Made by a program: the position numbers and the translations under genes. A DNA stretch of 64,000 bases from SAR86 cluster bacterium (lineage in GTDB: Bacteria; Pseudomonadota; Gammaproteobacteria; Magnimaribacterales; D2472), in assembly GCA_029254395.1 (NCBI GenBank), contig JAQWXQ010000042.1, positions 8,558 through 72,557 on the forward strand, in the 5' to 3' direction. Under the pieces are notes generated by a model. It had not been told where the DNA came from, ran no database searches, and was given only the letters and a program-made list of their open reading frames with translations. Below are positions 60,005 to 64,000 of the stretch, piece by piece. How positions within the stretch are numbered: the first letter of the stretch is position 1; the number at the start of each line of letters is the position of its first letter.

Positions 60005-60652
60005 ATGAATAAGAAAACAAAAATAGGAGCTTGGGTATTAGCAATCTCTTTGCTTTTTGGAATATTGGCGTCAATTCCCCCCGTAAGATTTATAGCTTAT
60101 ATCATTTATCTGAATAATACTGAGACTACAGAATTTTCTGTAAATAATACTGAATTGTTTATCAATGGTTACCTTAACTCAAAAACATACGATCAATTTA
60201 TGGCTATTATTGAAGAAAATCCTCAGATCGAAACTTTGGTTGAAGGAGATAGTATGCATGGTTCCACAGACGACGAGATCATGTTTAAATTAGCTTACAA
60301 AGTTAGAGAATTAGGATTAAATACAAAGATTCTTCCTGATGCAGTTATTGAATCTGGGGCGGTTGATTTGTTCTTGGCTGGTAAGGAAAGAATTATCGTA
60401 GAGGGTCCAGATGGCAAATTTCCACGAATTGGAGTTCATTCTTGGTCTGATGGAATAACAGATGCAAAAGATTTTCCAAAAGACTCTCCAGAGCATGAAG
60501 AAAATAGAAAATATATTGAGAAAATGTTGGGAAATGATTCTTTTTATTGGTTTACTATTTATGCCGCCCCAGCTAATAATATCTACAAAATGAGTAAAGA
60601 CGAAGTTCTTGAGTACAATGTGGCAACACAAGTTATTACTCTTTCTGATTAA
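60005..60652 (+). CDS. membrane-anchored hypothetical protein (possibly ClpP/crotonase-like periplasmic protein family)
   Basis: Track ORF 59975..60652 (TTG); ATG 60005 (MNKKTKIGAWVLAISLLFGIL) gives a clean N-terminal anchor. The block RELGLNTKILPDAVIESGAVDLFLAGKERI....IGVHSW resembles COG3904-type periplasmic proteins as I remember them. Confidence 0.55.
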   Translation: MNKKTKIGAWVLAISLLFGILASIPPVRFIAYIIYLNNTETTEFSVNNTELFINGYLNSKTYDQFMAIIEENPQIETLVEGDSMHGSTDDEIMFKLAYKVRELGLNTKILPDAVIESGAVDLFLAGKERIIVEGPDGKFPRIGVHSWSDGITDAKDFPKDSPEHEENRKYIEKMLGNDSFYWFTIYAAPANNIYKMSKDEVLEYNVATQVITLSD

Positions 60653-60867
60653 TCATTGGATACTTTTTTGTTTTAACTTTACGTCATGAGAAGCAATAGT
60701 TACTCTCCAATCTCAAGCATCATATCAAGGAGAAAGAACTTTGCTGGAGAATAGTGATTCTAAAATTCTTCAATTTGATCCAAGAAATACTTTAGGAAAA
60801 AAATTAAAAAAAAGTTATTGCTAATAGTATATTTGAGAAATATTATTGTTAGAAATATATTTTATAG

Positions 60868-61968
60868 TTGGGAGAGTTAATCATTGAATTTACATTAAAC
60901 GAAAGATCTTTAAAAATCTTTAATAATGAAAAAATTGAGTATGATCTTCCATATTTATGGATTAGAGATAACTGTCCTTGTAATGAATGCAGAATAAAAG
61001 AAACCCAAGAAAAGAGGTTTATATTAAGCAGTGTTCCTCCAGACCTAAAACCTCATGAAGTTAACATAAGCAATGACATCATCAATGTTTCTTGGCCTGA
61101 TAAGCATAAAACAGTAATCCAGCTAAAAGATATAGAGCTATTAAGAACACCCAGGAAGCCTAAAAAAATATTATGGGCTAATAACTTTACTCCAGAATAT
61201 TTTGACTGGGATGGTTTTTTAAATAATGATGAAATAGCTATTAATGCTATTTCTGAATTCATTTCAAAAGGAGCTATTTGTATAAAAAATTCTCCAACCA
61301 TATCAAATTCATTAGAGATGTTGAGTGCAAGACTTGGTCCAATTAGAGAGGTGTTGTTTGAAAGAATCCATAATGTTTCAATTGATACACATGTCTATAA
61401 TATTGCTCACACCTCATTAGAAGTGCCTCCCCATAATGATTTTGCAAGTTACTCCTGGCCTCCTAGTGTCCAAGCTCTTCACATGCTGGCTAATGAATGT
61501 GAAGGTGGTGAATCAATGATTGTAGATGGGTATTCTGTCCTTAAAGATTTACAGAATGATAACCCTAATTTGTTTAAAATTTTATGTAGTTTTCCAGTGC
61601 CATTTAGAGAGTTTGATGAAGAAAATGAAACCTATACCAAAGAGCCAATTGTTCGATTGAACTCTCAAAATAAAATTACTGGATTTAGGTTTTCAAATCA
61701 GCTGATGCAAATGATTGATCCTATTGAGGATACCCTAGATTTATTTTATATGGCTTACCATGAGTTGTGTAATAGAATTAATAGTGAAAAATACAAATCA
61801 AAATTTAGACTTGAATCAGGCCATATACTTTTAGTTTATGGGCACAGAGTATTACATGGAAGGTGTGAATTCCAACCAGCTGGAAAACGTCATCTTCAAG
61901 ACGCTTATTATGAAATGGATAATGTAGAAAATAATTTAGTTCTTTATAAAAATAGAAGGGGTGATTAA
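60868..61968 (+). CDS. gamma-butyrobetaine-hydroxylase-like Fe(II)/2-oxoglutarate oxygenase (TmpA/PhnY-type candidate)
   Basis: 366-aa ORF with a TTG start. The N-terminal zinc domain (WIRDNCPCNEC...SWPDKH) matches BBOX (WLRDNCPCSDC...TWPDEH). The HxD facial triad lies in VPPHNDFASY, GGESMIVDG is present, and the distal His/Arg lie in GHRVLHGR. Confidence 0.8.
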   Translation: MGELIIEFTLNERSLKIFNNEKIEYDLPYLWIRDNCPCNECRIKETQEKRFILSSVPPDLKPHEVNISNDIINVSWPDKHKTVIQLKDIELLRTPRKPKKILWANNFTPEYFDWDGFLNNDEIAINAISEFISKGAICIKNSPTISNSLEMLSARLGPIREVLFERIHNVSIDTHVYNIAHTSLEVPPHNDFASYSWPPSVQALHMLANECEGGESMIVDGYSVLKDLQNDNPNLFKILCSFPVPFREFDEENETYTKEPIVRLNSQNKITGFRFSNQLMQMIDPIEDTLDLFYMAYHELCNRINSEKYKSKFRLESGHILLVYGHRVLHGRCEFQPAGKRHLQDAYYEMDNVENNLVLYKNRRGD

Positions 61969-62527
61969 ATTGTCAAAAAAAGTTGAATTTACATCAATGA
62001 AAGAAGGAACAAAAGATGATTATGATCTTATAACAATTCACGATTCTGAAAATGAAAGACAGCTTTTCGATAGAGTTATTAATTGGCTTGAAATGATGAA
62101 CGGCGAATCGCCATATAAAATTAGCAGGCTACAGCATTGCTTACAGGCTGCTACAAGAGCAGAAAATGATGGAGCAGATACAGAAACTATAGTCTGTGCT
62201 TTAATGCATGATATTGGAGATGTGATATCACCATCAAACCATTCTCAAGTTTCTGCAGCACTGCTTAGACCATATGTTAGTGAAAAAAATTATTGGATAA
62301 TTTTAAATCACGGATTATTTCAGGGATATTATTGGATGCATCATTATGATGAAGATAGAAATGCTCGAGATAAATATAAAAATCATCAATATTATCAAGA
62401 CTGTGTAGATTTTTGTACAAAATGGGATCAGATATCATTTGATCCAGACTTCGATACAAAACCTCTAAATTATTTCATACCAATGATTAAAGAAATTTTC
62501 TTAAGAAAGCCCAAATCTTTTGTTTAA
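61961..62527 (+). CDS. HD-domain protein (TmpB/PhnZ-type diiron oxygenase candidate)
   Basis: 188-aa ORF that overlaps the upstream gene by 8 nt (GTG 61961). Alternative starts are TTG 61970 and ATG 61997. The ligand-like series H59 (LQHCLQAA), H83-D84 (LMHDIGD), H94 and H117 (LNHG) has spacing similar to PhnZ. Confidence 0.7.
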   Translation: MIKLSKKVEFTSMKEGTKDDYDLITIHDSENERQLFDRVINWLEMMNGESPYKISRLQHCLQAATRAENDGADTETIVCALMHDIGDVISPSNHSQVSAALLRPYVSEKNYWIILNHGLFQGYYWMHHYDEDRNARDKYKNHQYYQDCVDFCTKWDQISFDPDFDTKPLNYFIPMIKEIFLRKPKSFV

Positions 62528-62774
62528 AAGCTGGGTAACACAGAATGTGTTATAGGAATATCTGTTTTATTACAAATCATTCTACTCCCACTCAATCATA
62601 CAAAGGGCTAGAGCCATATAAACATTTGATAGAGGAGGAGGATAAGAAAAGAATCCAAGAGCTTTCAACTAAATGGCTAACTTGATATGAAAATCTGGGA
62701 ACTATCTGGGAACTTAATTTCCCCTGTTCGTAAAAAGGCCTTACCATAGGGGTTGTCGGCATAAGAACATCACT

Positions 62775-62819
62775 CTGATAAGGGTGAGGTCGGTTGTTCG
62801 AGTCCACCCAGACCCACCA
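62775..62819 (+). repeat. direct repeat copy 3 (degenerate partial tRNA-Ile 3' half)
   Basis: 44/45 identity to 58204-58248. The single G>T at 62795 would disrupt the T-stem (GGTGG to GGTTG). Confidence 0.95.
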
Positions 62820-62880
62820 GTCTTTAAGCATTAATTTTCATTTACTTTATACTTATCCTTAACTAAATAAGGAAAGTGTT

Positions 62881-62973
62881 ATGGCCAAAGGTTTAGACAA
62901 GCAAAAGAACGACAAGAAGAAAGGTAAAACTCTTAAAGAAAAAAGAGCAGCAAAAAAAGAAAAAAAGAAATAG
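62881..62973 (+). CDS. possible 30-aa lysine-rich peptide
   Basis: My own translation is MAKGLDKQKNDKKKGKTLKEKRAAKKEKKK. AAGGAAAG lies 5 nt upstream of the ATG. It is too short to be sure it is coding. Confidence 0.3.
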   Translation: MAKGLDKQKNDKKKGKTLKEKRAAKKEKKK

Positions 62974-62991
62974 TTTTTTAGAAGGCTACTG

Positions 62992-63669
62992 CTATCTAGT
63001 GGACCTAGGGTCGTCTTTGAAATCTATTTTAAAGAACAACATTATTCCGGTCACCGAACTCACGAAAGCTAATATAGAAAATATTTTTAAAAGAAGGTTG
63101 TCGATATTATCTCTTTCTTTCCAATCCATAATATGAAACCCCCACATAAGATCCCATATCTTCCATTTATTAGATCTAATGGCCAAAATTTCTCCTGAAT
63201 AAACATTGATGTAAACGTTCACTTCAGCACTTTTGCTATTTTTACTTTTTACTTTATAAATTGGAAGTGATCTTCCTCTGTATTCAGATCCTGATTTTTT
63301 ATTTGTCACTTCTTCAGCAGCAAATGGCAAAAGGGTTGTTTGGCTTGAAACAGAATCCATCGCATCTTTTGTAGAAATTTTTGTTACAGGCTCTCCAAGT
63401 ATATCCAGATACCTTGTCGCACCCTTTGTTTTAATGATAACGATCTCTTGACCTAGTCTTTTTTTGAATTCAACCTCTTCGGCTTTTTCTATTTCAAAAC
63501 CTAACTTACTTAAATCAAAAGATGTTTCTTTGAGGTTGAGGTATTGTTCGCCTCTTACAAGTTCAATCTTATTAAAAGCAAAATATATGCCTGAGATAGT
63601 CCATAGTAATAATTGAAGAGAAATAAAAAAGCTAAGATACTTATGTATTTTTCTAACTAAAAAGTTCAT
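62992..63669 (-). CDS. PepSY-domain membrane protein
   Basis: 225-aa ORF. It has an N-terminal TM with the KIHKYLSFF..LL.W.ISG pattern typical of PepSY-associated TM proteins, a periplasmic middle region, and a C-terminal TM. Confidence 0.55.
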   Translation of the reverse strand: MNFLVRKIHKYLSFFISLQLLLWTISGIYFAFNKIELVRGEQYLNLKETSFDLSKLGFEIEKAEEVEFKKRLGQEIVIIKTKGATRYLDILGEPVTKISTKDAMDSVSSQTTLLPFAAEEVTNKKSGSEYRGRSLPIYKVKSKNSKSAEVNVYINVYSGEILAIRSNKWKIWDLMWGFHIMDWKERDNIDNLLLKIFSILAFVSSVTGIMLFFKIDFKDDPRSTR

Positions 63670-63926
63670 CTTTTCATAATCTTCATTATTTCATCAATTT
63701 TGATATCAAACTCATCATCACCTTTAAGAGATTCTTTAATGCATTCCCGTAAATGTGTTTTAAGAATCTTTCCTTCAACAGTAATAATTGAATTCTTTAA
63801 TGCTTTTATTTGATTGAGAATATCAACGCAATACTTGCCTTCCTCAATCATTCCTTGAACGCCTCTTACCTGGCCCTCTATTCTTTTTAAGCTTGTTAAT
63901 TGTTCTTTATGACATGGATGTTTCAT
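63666..63926 (-). CDS. CsoR/RcnR/FrmR-family metal-sensing transcriptional repressor
   Basis: 86-aa ORF with LKRIEGQVRGVQGMIEEGKYCVDILNQI and ...H..EC. This matches the family signature with C-H-C ligand positions. Its stop overlaps the start of the downstream PepSY gene by 4 nt. Confidence 0.8.
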   Translation of the reverse strand: MKHPCHKEQLTSLKRIEGQVRGVQGMIEEGKYCVDILNQIKALKNSIITVEGKILKTHLRECIKESLKGDDEFDIKIDEIMKIMKR

Positions 63927-64000
63927 TTTTATAAAAACCTCGGAACTATATATGTAAAGATTGTAGCGAATAAAAAAATTGATACAGATGCATAGTACAG

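Larger units (their letters stand above)
59807..62819 (+). mobile_element. islet B: about 3.0-kb tRNA-anchored insertion bounded by tRNA 3'-half repeats, no integrase
   Basis: It lies between repeat copies 2 and 3. It holds three same-strand genes (a membrane-anchored unknown, a BBOX-like oxygenase and an HD-domain protein). Confidence 0.55.

Noticed and set aside
60695-60763. 22-codon ORF (MRSNSYSPISSIISRRKNFAGE) in the gap between islet B genes.
   Set aside because: It has no ribosome-binding site and no recognisable features. An ORF of this length is expected by chance.
60868-61968. Annotating the BBOX-like oxygenase as carnitine biosynthesis (gamma-butyrobetaine hydroxylase).
   Set aside because: Tight coupling to a PhnZ/TmpB-like HD-domain gene, and the absence of other carnitine genes, favour the phosphonate-hydroxylase interpretation. 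True BBOX activity cannot be excluded without phylogeny or assay.
58251-62774. Search for an integrase, excisionase, transposase or phage genes to call a prophage, ICE or IS element.
   Set aside because: No ORF in any frame shows tyrosine- or serine-recombinase or DDE motifs, and there are no terminal inverted repeats. I therefore describe these only as integrase-less tRNA-anchored islets.

Overview
This is an AT-rich, very gene-dense chromosomal segment. Its local gene orders are those of a Gammaproteobacterium with a streamlined, marine-type genome: ubiE-ubiJ-ubiB next to tatABC, miaB-ybeZ-ybeY-corC-lnt, zapA-ssrS-ygfA facing pepP-ubiH, dksA-pcnB, rsgA/orn divergent and priA/rpmE divergent. 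About 65 protein genes are present and almost all are housekeeping (ahcY-metK, tkt-pgk-fba, ubiquinone synthesis, Tat export, haem synthesis, acs, putA, tyrS and others). Four features are supported by the sequence but missing from the ORF track: tatA (51 aa), a 6S RNA between zapA and ygfA, a stand-alone tRNA-Ile(GAU), and a roughly 80-nt candidate sRNA or leader upstream of gpx bounded by a promoter and a terminator. The only clearly accessory stretch is 58.2-62.8 kb. There the 3' half of the tRNA-Ile gene recurs twice more in direct orientation and delimits two stacked islets with no integrase. Islet A (about 1.5 kb) carries a translationally coupled pair of orphan genes, which I rate the best candidate for an undescribed conflict or defence-type module. 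Islet B (about 3.0 kb) carries a membrane-anchored unknown protein, plus a gamma-butyrobetaine-hydroxylase-like 2OG oxygenase coupled to a small HD-domain protein. That pair is best read as a TmpA/TmpB (PhnY/PhnZ-type) oxidative C-P cleavage module. Other oddities are a DksA with a 6x KKTVA N-terminal extension encoded by a 15-bp tandem repeat, a paraoxonase-like propeller fused to a multi-TM N-domain, a perfect TyrR-box-type palindrome, a zinc-independent L31, and pervasive gene overlaps. All functional calls come from reading motifs by eye; no database search was possible.
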